NCBI GenBank assembly: GCA_038087875.1
Contig: CM075988.1
Coordinates: 25,794,001 to 25,858,000, forward strand
Reading direction: 5' to 3'
From: Malacoraja senta
Taxonomy: Eukaryota
DNA length: 64,000 bases
A model generated the notes under the pieces. The model had not been told where the DNA came from and searched no databases. It saw only the letters and a program-made list of their open reading frames with translations. The translations under genes and the position numbers were made by a program. How positions within the stretch are numbered: position 1 is the stretch's first letter; every line of letters starts with the position of its first letter. Below, piece by piece: positions 23,970 to 36,222 of the stretch.

Positions 23970-24830
23970 GAAACATAGAAAATAGGTGCAGGAGGAGGCC
24001 ATTCGGCCCTTTGAGCCAGCACCGCCATTCATTGTGATCATGGCTGATCGTCCCCTATCAATAACCCATGCCTGCCTTCTCCTCATATCCCTTGACGCCA
24101 CCGGCACCTAGAGCTCTATCTAACTCTCTCTTAAATCCATCCAGTGACTTGGTCTCCACTGCCCTCTGTGGCAGGGAATTCTACAAATTCACAACTCTCT
24201 GGGTGAAAAAGTTTTTTCTCACCTCAGTCTTAAATGACCTCCCCTTTATTCTAAGACTGTGGCCCCTGGTTCTGGACTCGCCCAACATTGGGAACAATTT
24301 TCCTGCATCTAGCTTGTCCAGTCCTAACCAGAAGGTTCAAGGAAAAGGTGAGGATAGATTTAAAATGAAGAGTAAAAGTAATGCTGAGAATAGTGTGATC
24401 TGGACAGCATGGAAACGGGTCAGTCAGCCCGCAGACCACACGCCAACAATGACCACCCCGTACACTAGTTCTATCCTACACACTAGGGTCAATTTACAGA
24501 AGCCATTTAACCTACAAAGCTGCTCATCATTAGAATGTGGGAGGCTACTGGAGCAATAGACAATAGGTGCAGGAGTAGGCCATTCGGCCCTTCGAGCCAG
24601 CACCGCCATTCAATGTGATCATGGCTGATCATCGCCAATCAGTACCCCGTTCCTGCCTTCTCCCCATAACCCCTGACTCCGCTATCTTTAAGAGCCCTAT
24701 CTAGCTCTCTCTTGAAAGTATCCGGAGAACCGGCCTCCACTGCCCTCTGAGGCAGAGAATTCCTCACTCATAACTCAAAAAGTGTTTCCTCGTCTCCATT
24801 CTAAGAAAAAGTGTTTCCTCGTCTCCGTTC
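23970..24830 (-). mobile_element. Two CR1/HER1 3' fragments with intervening HE1 SINE piece
   Basis: Repeated aataggtgcaggagtaggccattcggccc tails. Confidence 0.75.
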
Positions 24831-25366
24831 TAAAGAAATCCCACATGATTACAGGGAGAATGTACAAACTCCTTATAGATAGGACCCGTAGTCAGGATCG
24901 AACCCGGGTCTCAGGCGCTGTAAGGCAGCAACTCTACCGCTGTGCCATCCTAAACCTGATGGGACAAATGGCCTCCTTCTGTCCTGTTATGATTTCATGG
25001 GGAAAGTTGAGTTTCAGGTGGGACATGCCGTCAGCCTTTGTGTCAGGTAGATGACTGGCACGGTCTGACAAGTGTCGCAAGCGAAGGGTGTCACCTCGAT
25101 GGGGGAAGGATTAAAGTCGGTAAAACTGGACTGTGACTAGAACCACTATTCATGGAGAAAAGGCAAGGACATTGGCTAGTTGTTCGTCCTCGCCTCTCGG
25201 GATCAGATGGTCTTTGTCTTGGATCTCACCCTTGAGACCAGGTAGACCCCAAAGATTCCCTTGTCCCAACATTCCTGCCTCCACTGCAGCTGAACTGTTG
25301 GCCACTTCCTACACAACAAAGTCTGAAGGTCCGTCAACTTGATTTCCTCTTCTCTTTGTACCTCAG

Positions 25367-25483
25367 GTCTACCGATCCAAGCTGGAGAGTGATGGAAGCG
25401 GCACCCTACCGCGGGTAAAGACGGGCTCTGCTCCCTCCTCGCCCTTCACCGCCACCACACAGGGGCGACATTTTACAGCCAAG
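25367..25483 (+). CDS. PHLDB1: PHLDB1 exon (VYRSKLESDGSGTLPRVKTGSAPSSPFTATTQGRHFTAK)
   Basis: cctcag|GTC ... AAG|gtaggg, 117 nt; VYRSK motif. Confidence 0.9.
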
Positions 25484-26255
25484 GTAGGGAGAATCGGCAG
25501 CCTATCCACAGGCTGTTCACGGCTCTTGCTCAGAGATACGTCCGCTTGTGTCACAGTAGCTTACAAAGACCTACTCGCCTCGATTCAAAAAATAGTTCTT
25601 CCTTCCAATGTTACTTCTTCAACCAAACCCACCAAACAAAGGCAATGAATCGATCATTCAGCTCGTTCCTATTTGAGAGGGTTTGTTACGTGTAAGATGA
25701 TTGCAATATTCACCTGCTGAACAGTCATGCATTTTGGTGGAAGGGAGAAATGCATAGACTACTGTCCAAATGGGGAAAGGATTCAGAAGTTGGAGGTGAA
25801 AGGGACTTGGGAATGCTGGTGCAGGATTTCCAAAAGGTTAATCTGCAAGTTGAGTCGTCAGTAAGGAAGGTAAATGCAATGCCAGCATTAATTTGGAGGT
25901 GACTATAATATAAATGCATTGATGTAATGCTGAGGCTTTATCAGACAGTGGTGAATATTGTGAGCAGCTTTGGGCCCTATATCTGAGGAAGTATGCGCTG
26001 GCTCTGGAGAGGGTCCAGAGGAGGTTTACGAGAATGATTGGGTTCATGTACGAGGAGCGGTGGAAAGCTCTGGGCCTGTACTCACTGGAGTTGGACATGG
26101 AAAGATGAAAGGATATTTAGTACAGAATATAGTGCTGCACTATTCAGCAGCAGAGGAAGTGCAGATTAAAAAAGAAAAAGTGCAAGGGTAGCAATGAGGT
26201 GGGATGGGACACCAGGAGTGTACCGTAAGCCCGGATGTTAGACACAAGTCACTGC

Positions 26256-26568
26256 AGGCATGGTGACGCAGCAGTAGAGTTGATGCCTCACAGCGCCAGA
26301 GCCCCGGGTTCGATCCTGACTACGGGTGCTGTCTGTACGGAGTTTGTAGGTTCTCCCCGTGACCTGCGTGGGTTTTCACCGAGATCTTTGGTTTCCTCGC
26401 GCACTCCAAATACGTACAAGTTTGTAGGTTAACTGGCTTGGTGTAAATGTAAAATTGTCCCTGGTGTGTGTAGGATAGTGTTAATGTGCGGGGAATGCTG
26501 GTCGGTGCGGACTCGGTGGGTCGAAGGGCCTGTTTCCGCGCTGTATCTCTGAACTAAACTAAACTAAA
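26256..26568 (+). mobile_element. HE1-type SINE
   Basis: Same consensus, full length with tail. Confidence 0.85.
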
Positions 26569-26949
26569 CAGCGGTGCCTGAACAGATGTAAGAGAGGAGT
26601 CTGACGCCTTCCCTTTTAAGCTTCAGCGTGACTTGTCCGTGCTTCATGGTGTGAATGTTCGGAGACACGGTACATGTATGTGGGGTCTGGCGACATGGTG
26701 GGGTGGTTAATCATGTCTAGAGAATACTTCATCTGCCAAAGAGCAGCATGAAGTGCAAGTGGTCCTGGGAATATTCGTGGCAAGAACAGTAATTGCACAG
26801 ATCCCCTTTCATGGAACTTACACTGATGTTACTCGATATCCTCACTGGTCAGCGCTTGACCAGTGAGGTCTTGTTTTCCCCTGAATCGTCTTTGTCGTGT
26901 TAGGTTCGTAGGTTCTAAGGAGGTTCAGCCCATCAAGTCTACTCCGCCA

Positions 26950-27050
26950 AAGATAGACACAAAATGCTGGAGGAACTCAGCGGGACAGGCAGCATCTCTA
27001 GAGAGAAGGAATGGGTGACGTTTGGGGTCGAGACCCTTCTTCAGGCTGAG
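26950..27050 (-). mobile_element. Single-arm Penelope-like repeat nested in a CR1 3' UTR fragment
   Basis: 13-bp TSD gtctactccgcca (26937-26949 / 27051-27063). Confidence 0.75.
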
Positions 27051-27111
27051 GTCTACTCCGCCATTCAATCATGGCTGATCTATCTTTCCCTCTCAACCCC
27101 ATTCTTCCCAG

Positions 27112-27214
27112 GGCATCACGCTGGCACAGAACGGCACAGGCAGTCTCCCACGAAACCTGGCCGCCACCCTGCAGGACATCGAGGTGAAGCGGCAGCTGGC
27201 ACTGCAGCAGAAAG
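27112..27214 (+). CDS. PHLDB1: PHLDB1 exon (GITLAQNGTGSLPRNLAATLQDIEVKRQLALQQK-G)
   Basis: ttcccag|GGC ... AAAG|gtgagc, 103 nt, phase 0-1. NGTGSLPRNLAATLQDIE is a PHLDB1 signature. Confidence 0.95.
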
Positions 27215-27848
27215 GTGAGCAATGTTGTGGACATCACTGCCAGGGAGGTAACGCCGACTGCAGGCTATCGTGCAGCACAGAAGGAGGAATCATTCAGACT
27301 ATCCTGGCAGACCTACCTAGCTCCCCAGAGTCCTGCAAATGTTCTCTCTTCAAAAACACATCCAATTTCCTTTTGTAAATGAATGTTGGATCCACTTCTG
27401 CTGTTGTTTATCCAGCAGCACATTCCACCTCAGAACAACTTGTGATGTCAAATTACATTCTCCTCTCTGGTATTTTAAAATGTCACCCTCATGGTTACCA
27501 AACGTCCTGACGTTGCGTAGTTGAGTTGTCCACTTGGTCTCTGAATGAGAGGTTGCAGCCCCACTGTGGACACCTGGGCTCAACATTGCCAACATCTCCT
27601 TGGCCTCCAATCCCACGGCAGCACCAAACATTGACAATCATCTCGTTCACCTGTGAGGTTTAAATTTGACATTTTAGTATGAGATACAAAGTTTCATATC
27701 TATATATTTTCCAAGTGCCTTGATTAAAGAAACACTTATTGTATTTTTTCTTTTAACTTATTCCTGCTTATTTCCTCTCTGAATGGTGCGTGACTCCTCA
27801 TTCTCACTCTACTTCTCACATTGGTCTCTCCTTTCTGGGGCTGTGCAG

Positions 27849-27878
27849 AATCAATAACCAGAGCGGATCACAAAAGAG
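27849..27878 (+). CDS. PHLDB1: Candidate 30-nt PHLDB1 microexon (ESITRADHKR)
   Basis: Pyrimidine-rich upstream, ctgtgcag|AA ... GAG|gtagga, phase 1-1, preserves frame between the exons ending 27214 and starting 28573. Confidence 0.45.
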
Positions 27879-28572
27879 GTAGGAACTCTTATTGGAATTG
27901 GAGGTATGCTTTGCAATCTTTACAGTGAGTTTGCATGAGAGAATTTGGGGCGTTTTGTGAATCTGTTGCCCTTATGTTGACCCTTGTAAAGGCAGACCCT
28001 GAGCTGCAGTGTAGTCCTTGAATGTTAAAAGTCTCGACAAGAATTAGGATCAAGAGTGAGAATCAATAAATTCAACCTTGCTTCTGTGTTCCCAACTTTT
28101 AAGTCTGTTTGCAAACTCCTTCATGGTCTCACAGCCCCCTCCTCCCCACCACCCTAACCACAACCTTCCCAAACTCAACAACTGATTGAGACTTCAGTCC
28201 TGACCCAGCCTTGGCCACTTCTCCTGTGTGGATAACATCCCATTGTAGACATTGCCGGTGGAGACCCTAACTCTATCCCTCTCTAACCTTGCTTAAAATG
28301 CTTCTCTATCCTTGTTTAAAAACAATTAACTGTTGTCAGCTGTCATTGTGTGGCTCAAGTGTTATTTGATGTTGCTCTTGTGAAAGAGTGTTGGGATATT
28401 TTATGGAATGAAGCTGGTTTTAGATGCCACTTGTTGCTTTTCTGGAAGAGCTTAGTGTAACAATTCAGCTGAGAGAGACGAGTAGGGAATTAGAACTTGG
28501 CTGAACCTGCCCGCCAGTGTTAGTGGTTAATGGTATCAGTGGTTAATGCCACGACTGTCAACGTTTCCACAG

Positions 28573-28900
28573 GCCACCAGGTGATTGAGGAACAAAGACG
28601 ACGGCTGGCGGAGCTGAAGCAGAAGGCGGCAGTGGAGGCCCAGTCCCAGTGGGAGGCGCTACACAGCCAACCCTCGCCCATGTACGTCCAGCAGAGCCAG
28701 CCCTACACCCTGCTGGGTCACCAGCCCTCCCACCTCATCCACCACAGCATCCTCCACCACCACACCCAGCCGCTCTCCGCCCAGCACAGTGGCAGCGACA
28801 TGGAGCACGCCTTCGACACGCTCAGTCTGGAGAGTTCAGACAGTATGGAGACCAGCATCTCCACCGGCAACTCAGCCTGCTCCCCCGACAACATGTCTAG
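28573..28900 (+). CDS. PHLDB1: PHLDB1 exon (GHQVIEEQRRRLAELKQKAAVEAQSQWEALH...DTLSLESSDSMETSISTGNSACSPDNMS)
   Basis: ccacag|GC ... TCTAG|gtaaga, 328 nt, phase 1-2; strongly conserved motifs. Confidence 0.96.
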
Positions 28901-29197
28901 GTAAGAGAACCATCTCGGCCACAGCTGAGGGCCCTTTGTCAATTCAAGGAGTCACTGAGGTAGGCAGAATCAAACGCTTTCTTCTCGTGGGGGAGGGATG
29001 GGGTGAGGCTCCAGAGTAGGTTCTACATGGCTGCCACCAGGAAGCATGGGTAGTGTAGGAAGGAACTGCAGATGCTGGTTTAAACCAAAGATATATAGTC
29101 TGAAGAAGGGTCTCGACCCATTCTTTCTCTCCAGAGATGCTGCCTGTCCCGCTGAGTTACTCCAGCATTTTGTGTCTATCTTAGGATCTATCTTAGT

Positions 29198-29388
29198 AGT
29201 TTAGTTTAGAGATACAGCGCGGAAACAGGCCTTATGGCCCAACGAGCCTGCGCCGACCAGCGATCCCCACACACTAACACTATCCTACACACACTGGGGA
29301 CAATATACAAGTTTAACAAAGCTAATCTACAAACCTGTACGTCTTTAAAGTGTGGGAGGAAACCGGAGCAACCGGAGAAAACCCACGC
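29198..29388 (-). mobile_element. HE1-type SINE, 3' half
   Basis: Reverse complement of the consensus tail. Confidence 0.8.
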
Positions 29389-30549
29389 CTTGAGCTCCCT
29401 GAGTTTCTCCAATACTTTATCCTATGTTATTTTGTAAGTTCCACCATGTTATTTGACCTTAGCCAATGTCATATTTTAGAGATATTAGCAATGGTGTGAA
29501 GATTGATGCAAAACATGTATTCAACATATTTACCATTTCTTTGTTTGTTGCCACTAATTTACCAGTCTCATTCTCTTGAGGCCTGCATTCACCTTGTTCA
29601 CCCTCTTTCTATTCATATATAGAAAGGGCCTCAATCGAAACATCACCCATTTCTTCACTCCAGAGATGCTGCCTGTCCCGCTGAGTTACTCCAGCATTTT
29701 GTGTCTATCTTCACTGTAAACCAGCATCTGCAGTTCCTTCCCACACAATAGAAACATTTCCTGTTTATTTTAATACTGCATGCAAGTTTTCTCTCAAAAC
29801 TTATCTTCTCCATTTTTTGAAGCATCTTACTCTTCTGCCAGGTCGTAAAGTCCCCCCTGTCCTCTGGTCCACCGATAGCCGTTGCCACTTTCTGCACTCT
29901 AGTTTTCAATGAGAACAGAAACTGGATTCAATAGACAATAGGTGCAGGAGTAGGCCATTTGGCCCTTCGAGCCATTCAATGTGATCATGGGTGATCATCC
30001 CCAATCAGTACCCCGTTCCTGCCTTCTCCCCATATCCCCTGACTCCACTATTTTTAAGAGCCCTATCTAGCTCTCTCTTGAAAGCATCCAGAGAACCTGC
30101 CTCCACCGCCCTCTGACGCAGAGAATTCCACAGACGATTCCTTATTGAACTGATGCTGAAAGACAGGGTGTCCTGTAACTTGTGGCAGGCCCAGTGTTCG
30201 CTGGAGGCTGATATTCGTGCGTGGGGAGTTGTGTTTGACTCCCCAAACAACTTCCAGGCTCCAGTTAGTAATTGTTGTAATGATAAGGGTCGCTATCTCA
30301 CACAGATCTGGGCCTGCCCGCCCCACCCTGCATGCATGCACGATCTCCTCTGCCGACCGAGACTGTGGCCGCAGGGCAAGGCTTTTACGCTGCACGCCCC
30401 ATAGCTAATGGCATGTTGAGACCTAAAGTCTCTGCCAGTTTGTGGCTGTGAGTGACTCAATGTTACACGGCTGCAGGCACATGTCATCACAGCAGACACA
30501 CGCAGCGTTCCACTATCTCATCGCCACGTGGATGACCAGTGGCTGGCTG

Positions 30550-30887
30550 AAACACACGCACGCACGGGCACAAGCAAGCACGGGCAAACGCACGCACACA
30601 CACACACGCGCACACACACATGCACACGCACACACACACTCTCACACATGCACACACACACGCTCACACACACTCACGCGCACACACATGCACACACACA
30701 CACACACACTTGCACACACATGCACATACACACTCACGCACACACACACGCACACACACACACACATGCACACACACTCACTCACACACACACACACGCG
30801 CACACACACACGCGCGCACACACACGCGCACATACACACGCACATACACACACACATACACACATGCAGGCGCACACACACACACAT
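30550..30887. repeat. Imperfect (CA)n microsatellite
   Basis: Direct inspection. Confidence 0.95.
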
Positions 30888-31093
30888 TACATCACCGACG
30901 TATCCTGTATCCTGCTGACTGAAGCCGGCTATGAACTGGTTGTACCAGAAAATCCTAAATGTAATACTCCTGCCATTGTCCAATAATACATTGTTAAGAT
31001 GTATTATTCATTATTCTGTGCATTATTTTCCATAATCATTGCCGTGATGGTGTAGTGTTATTTATAAGCATGTAGAGCCAGCAATGTGATCGG

Positions 31094-31293
31094 NNNNNNN
31101 NNNNNNNNNNNNNNNNNNNNNNNNNNNNNNNNNNNNNNNNNNNNNNNNNNNNNNNNNNNNNNNNNNNNNNNNNNNNNNNNNNNNNNNNNNNNNNNNNNNN
31201 NNNNNNNNNNNNNNNNNNNNNNNNNNNNNNNNNNNNNNNNNNNNNNNNNNNNNNNNNNNNNNNNNNNNNNNNNNNNNNNNNNNNNNNNNNNNN
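31094..31293. other. Assembly gap (200 N)
   Basis: Run of N. Confidence 1.
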
Positions 31294-31339
31294 CCATAAC
31301 AATGGCAGATGACACTATTCCCACCTGAGCACTGTTTAC

Positions 31340-31744
31340 CAAAGATCCTATAGCGAGCAAGATAGTCCACTCGACGAAAAAGACATAGTACGGTCATGGG
31401 CAGATTCATGGGTCATTTTCGGCCCCATTTCCGTAACCGGCTTCCGTCTCCGCACCAAAGATCCCATAGCGGAGCAAAGATAACTAGTGCGGAGACGGAA
31501 GCCAGTTACGGAAACATCCTTGTAAAAATAAAAGTTCTTTGGGAAAAATCTTCTCCTCATTTTCAGAATTATAATTTATTAACACAAACTGTTCCCCCGC
31601 AACGTTGATTACACTGCGAGTCGGGTAGGGTTGGGTTACTGAAATGGATGAAACAAATGCCCACGTTCCGCTCCGTTGCGTACTACACGTCAGCCCATTG
31701 CATTTAGCAGGAGTGGTCTATCTTGCTCTGCTATAGGATCTTTG
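31340..31744. mobile_element. Second copy of the hAT-like MITE, opposite orientation
   Basis: Same TIRs and internal sequence as 18466-18860; no clean TSD. Confidence 0.8.
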
Positions 31745-32184
31745 CTTCTATATAGGATGTGTCTCATCACTTCCCTTGGGCAATTAATGTTTCTTATACT
31801 CTAGGCATGACCTTAAGTAGCAGTTGTAGAATGGGTAAAAGTACACGTGCTCACCTGGTAAACCTACACTTGCTCACTAACTAATTGTACGGTAACAAGG
31901 GTTGCTCCCACAATACCTGACACTCACACTGAGCAATACGTTTGGTTTTCCTACTTGACCGCAGTTCAGTTTAGTTTAGTTTAGAGATGGGACAGCAAGT
32001 CTACTACTGTGCCTTATTCATGTTTGTTCAGTGTATAAAGTATTGAAACTTCAGTGGAAAGAGAGACAAAGATAACATTGCAGGTCATACACCCTACTTC
32101 AAAACAGGGAAGAAGAAGAAAATAGACACAAAATGCTGGGGTAACTTAGCGGGTGGACAGGAGGCATCTCTGGAGAGAAGGAAT

Positions 32185-32219
32185 GGGTGACGTTTCGGGT
32201 CGACACCCTTCTTCAGACT
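32185..32219 (-). ncRNA. Minimal hammerhead ribozyme motif within a Penelope-like repeat
   Basis: Reverse complement reads agu-CUGAAGA-A-GGGU(GUCG)ACCC-GAAAC-GUC-ACCC. Confidence 0.6.
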
Positions 32220-32649
32220 TTTGCCGTGTTCCCACCACTCTTTCAGCTCATCCCCCCCCCCCAACTACCACAATCAGTCTGAAGAAGGATCCTGACCTGA
32301 AATGTCATCTATCCATGTTCCGCCTGACCCTCTGAGTTACTCCAGCACTCTGTGTCCTTTTGTGTACACTAGCACCTGCAGTTCCTTGTTTTGTTACAAA
32401 CAAACAATGTACTGGATATACATTTGAGTTTTCGCTTTTCTAATTTCTTTGAAGTGCTAATTTTTCCCCATTTCACCATGTGGTGATGTGTTTCCTGACG
32501 TCAATGTTGACCTGACAGGATTATTCCTTTCTAAATTGGTCAAAGTGATCCATTTTGCTGCAAATGTCAGAAGATTGGAAGGTTCTTTGTGGATCTTCAT
32601 GTTGATCACGTTAACATTTGATGGTTTCTTCTTCTTCTCCCCCCTGAAG

Positions 32650-32740
32650 TGCCAGTGGTGTGGATGTCTGCAAGATCGAGGAGATGGAGAAGATGTTGAA
32701 GGAAGCCCAGGCTGAGAAAGCTCGCCTTTTGGAAACAAGG
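32650..32740 (+). CDS. PHLDB1: PHLDB1 exon (S-ASGVDVCKIEEMEKMLKEAQAEKARLLETR)
   Basis: cccctgaag|T ... AGG|gtatgt, 91 nt, phase 2-0; KIEEMEKMLKEA motif. Confidence 0.94.
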
Positions 32741-32812
32741 GTATGTAACTAAATCCCAAGATCCAACTCATCGATTGCTCCTTCCAAAGTGTAGTGTACA
32801 TTGTTCAGCTGT

Positions 32813-33114
32813 AGTTTAGAGATACAGCGTGGTAACAGGTCCTGCAGCCCACCAAGTCCGCACCGACCAGCGATCCCCGCACATTAACACTGTCCTAAAC
32901 ACACTAGGGACAATTTACACTTACACCAAGCTAATTAACTTACAAACATGTACATCCTTGGAGTATGGGAGGAAATCGAAGATCTCGGAGAAAACCCACG
33001 CGGTCATGGGGAGAATGTACAAACTCCGTACAGACAGAACCCGTAGTCGGGATCGAACCCGGGTCTCTGGCATTGCAAGCTCTGTAAGGAGGCAACTCTA
33101 CCACTGCGCCACCG
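32813..33114 (-). mobile_element. HE1-type SINE
   Basis: Reverse-complement consensus. Confidence 0.85.
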
Positions 33115-34332
33115 TTGTGGACTATTTCCTTCATGCACCTGAGTTCTGCTTCAATGTCCATGGCGTCGCTCGCTCGCTCGCTTCCCCCACTGCATCACCG
33201 CGCTGTTTGGGACGTGCGACATGCCTCACAGTCTGAAGGAGCAGATCAGAATCATGAACAATACTTCCTGTTCTGAAATCAATTGGCTCTGGAGACTTCA
33301 ATAATGCCGGACAATCATTTCCTGTTTATCTTTTAATAGAAATTAGAATGTTTAGAGTTTGTGTCTTTGGGAACTAAACACCTCGTTGATTAAGATCTTC
33401 CTAATCATGCATCCCCATCATTCCTAATGATGTTCTCAAGAGAGAGTTAGATTTAGCTCTTAGGGCTAAAGGAATCAAGGGATATGGGGAAAAAGCAGGA
33501 ACCGGGTACTGATATTGAATGATCAGCCATGATCACAGTGAATGGCGGTGCTGGCTCGAAGGGCTGAATGGCCTACTCCTGCACATATTGTCTATGTTTC
33601 CATGAGTGCTGAGGATGCACACATGATATTTCATTGATTATCCTCAAAGAACCCCAATAGTTTCATTCAACGTGATTTCTCTTCTGTTTGTTTTGACTTG
33701 AAAAAATTATTTGTGATCATTTCAAAGAATTAACTAATTTAAATAATTGGTGTTTGTTAGAGAAGATAATTTAGAAGTTTATGAATACCTCTGATGTTTC
33801 AACAACAACAAAAAAAGAGTTGGCAAGGTGGTGGCACAGTGGTGCAGCTAATGATGAGCTGCTGCCTCACATGGGTTCGATCCTGACCTCTGGTGCTGTT
33901 TGTGTGGAGTTTGCAGGTCCTCCCTGTGACCTTGTGGGTTACCTCCGGATGCTCCAGCATCATCCCATATCCCAAAGGCGTGTGGGTTTGTAGGTTGACA
34001 TGCAGTGGATGTGGATGTGGGATAACATAGAACTAGTGTGAATGGAGTGATCGATGGTCCTTGGCTAGTGGTGTAGCCCTCGGCAAGGTGTTTGGGCACC
34101 AGCTACTGGCTGAAGGAACCAAGTGTCCTACTGCACATTTGCTGATGTTGCCACAACAGACAGGATTGTAAATAGGAAGGAGGATGGAACAGGACTGCTA
34201 CAGGGTGTAAGCAAACTAAATTGAGTGGGCGCGGACATGGCCGCAGGAATATAATGTGCAACAGAGTGATGTATCCACTCTGGTGCCCAGACCAGGGTGT
34301 TTCTTTACCCGTGATGCTTTGGGAAATGTTGA

Positions 34333-34424
34333 AGGTAGACAAAAATGCTGGAGGAACTCAGCGGGTGAGGCAGCATCTATGGAGCGAAGGAATAGGTGAC
34401 GTTTCGGGATGAAACCCTTCTTCA
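34333..34424 (-). mobile_element. Single-arm Penelope-like repeat
   Basis: 12-bp TSD gggaaatgttga (34321-34332 / 34425-34436). Confidence 0.75.
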
Positions 34425-34425
34425 G
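34395..34425 (-). ncRNA. Minimal hammerhead ribozyme motif within a Penelope-like repeat
   Basis: Reverse complement reads CUGAAGA-A-GGG(UUUCAU)CCC-GAAAC-GUC-ACC. Confidence 0.55.
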
Positions 34426-34485
34426 GGAAATGTTGACCTTCAAAGGGACCTAAGACACTAACGTCATTAAAGCTACCATGCAAGC

Positions 34486-34780
34486 AGTTCAGTTTAATTT
34501 AGAGATACAGCGTGGAGACGGGCCCCTCAGCCCACCGAGTCCACGCAGACCATCGATCACCCCGTACACTAGTTCTATCCCACACACTAGGAACAATTTA
34601 CAGAAGTCAATTAACCTACAAACCTGCACATCTTTGAAATGCGGGAGGAAACGGGAGCACCTGGAGAAAACCCAGGAGGTCACTGGGAGAACGTACAAAC
34701 TCTGTACAGACAGCACCCGTAGTCAGGATCAAATCAGGGTCTCTGGTGCTGCGAGACGAAAGCTCTACTGCTGTGCTGCC
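34486..34780 (-). mobile_element. HE1-type SINE
   Basis: Reverse-complement consensus. Confidence 0.8.
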
Positions 34781-34932
34781 CTCAAGAGTTGGGAGAGCAA
34801 AATATATGTTGACCTTTATTGTGAAAGAATTTGAACGCAGGCAGGTAAATAAGGCCCAGGAGAGACAACAGCTGGAGTATGGTGTACAGTTTTTGGCGGT
34901 GTTGATGTTGGTGCTATTTTCCTGCCCTGCAG

Positions 34933-35079
34933 GCACGCGAGATGGAAATCCGTCGCCAGGCATTTGAGGAAGAGCGCAAGAGACGTGAGGAGTTGGAGAA
35001 GAGGCTCCAGGAAGAAACTGTCCATCGGCAGCAGCTGGTCGACAAGGAGGTCAAGATGCGGGAGAAACATTTCTCTCAG
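34933..35079 (+). CDS. PHLDB1: PHLDB1 exon (AREMEIRRQAFEEERKRREELEKRLQEETVHRQQLVDKEVKMREKHFSQ)
   Basis: ctgcag|GCA ... CAG|gtgact, 147 nt, phase 0-0. Confidence 0.95.
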
Positions 35080-36222
35080 GTGACTGGAACCAGACAAACT
35101 TACCTTTTCTATATAGCACAGATTAACAAGAGAGTCGATAATGTTTCATTGTCAAATGTCCCAGATAGAACAGTGAAATCCTTACTTGCAGCAACACAAC
35201 ACAATGTGTAAACAGAAGGACTATTCAGGATTTTCAGTAAATTGCCAGCAGCTGAACTGTGTAAGTTTCTACACAAATACAAAGCAGGAAAGATGATTGG
35301 CCAAGTGTACTGTCAGAACTAGGAGAATTCGTTGTGGGGACCAAAGAAATGGGCGAGCAGTGAAACAAACACTTTGGTTCCAGCTTCAAACAAGAGAGTA
35401 CAAGCAACTTTCCAGAAGTGTTAAGGAACCAAGAATCTGATAAAGATGAGGAACTAATGGAAAATCGGTACGAGATGAAATAGCGCTGGAGAAATTAATG
35501 GCACTGAAAGTTGCCCAATCCTGGAATAATTAGCATGGCAGACAATAGAGGCAGGAGCCGTGGGGATTGGTTGTAATTCTCCAGACGTCTGTAGATAATG
35601 AAATGCTTGCTAGAGGACGGAGGTGGAAATTAACCCATTATGTTAAAAAAGAGATAACAGGAAACGTCTTCATCTTGTGTGTGGCAGGCACAGCCTAAAG
35701 TTGTAGGACAACTTGTTCTATTTGATCTTATTTGATTGTGCACGCCAGGTTGATTGTATTGGTTGAAACAGGGTGGACCTCGTGAAGGTTGCAATCTCCC
35801 ACCCCAACAGAAAACGATGTTAGCCTCACACCAGAGGCGGGGATAACCGCAGCAACGATAATTGACGATGAACAAACAGGAAACTCAGATAATACCGTCA
35901 AAATCAACAAGGCATTTTTGAAGGACAGGCAGCATCTCTGGAGAGAAGGAATGGGTGACATTTCTTCTGTCTGAAGAAGGGTCTCGATCCAAAACGTCAC
36001 CCATTCCTTCTCTCCAGAGATGCTGCCTGTCCCGCTGAGTTACTCCAGCATTTTGTGTCTATCTTCGGTTTAAACCAGCATCTGCAGTTCCTTCCTACAC
36101 AGGATTTTTCGAAGGTGGGTTGTAGTTGATACACCTGCTGGAGTGTATTTGAAAATATATCTGAAAGAGCTGATAAGGAAAATCCAGTGTATTTGGTTTC
36201 TCAAATTTTCAGAAAGTGATAT

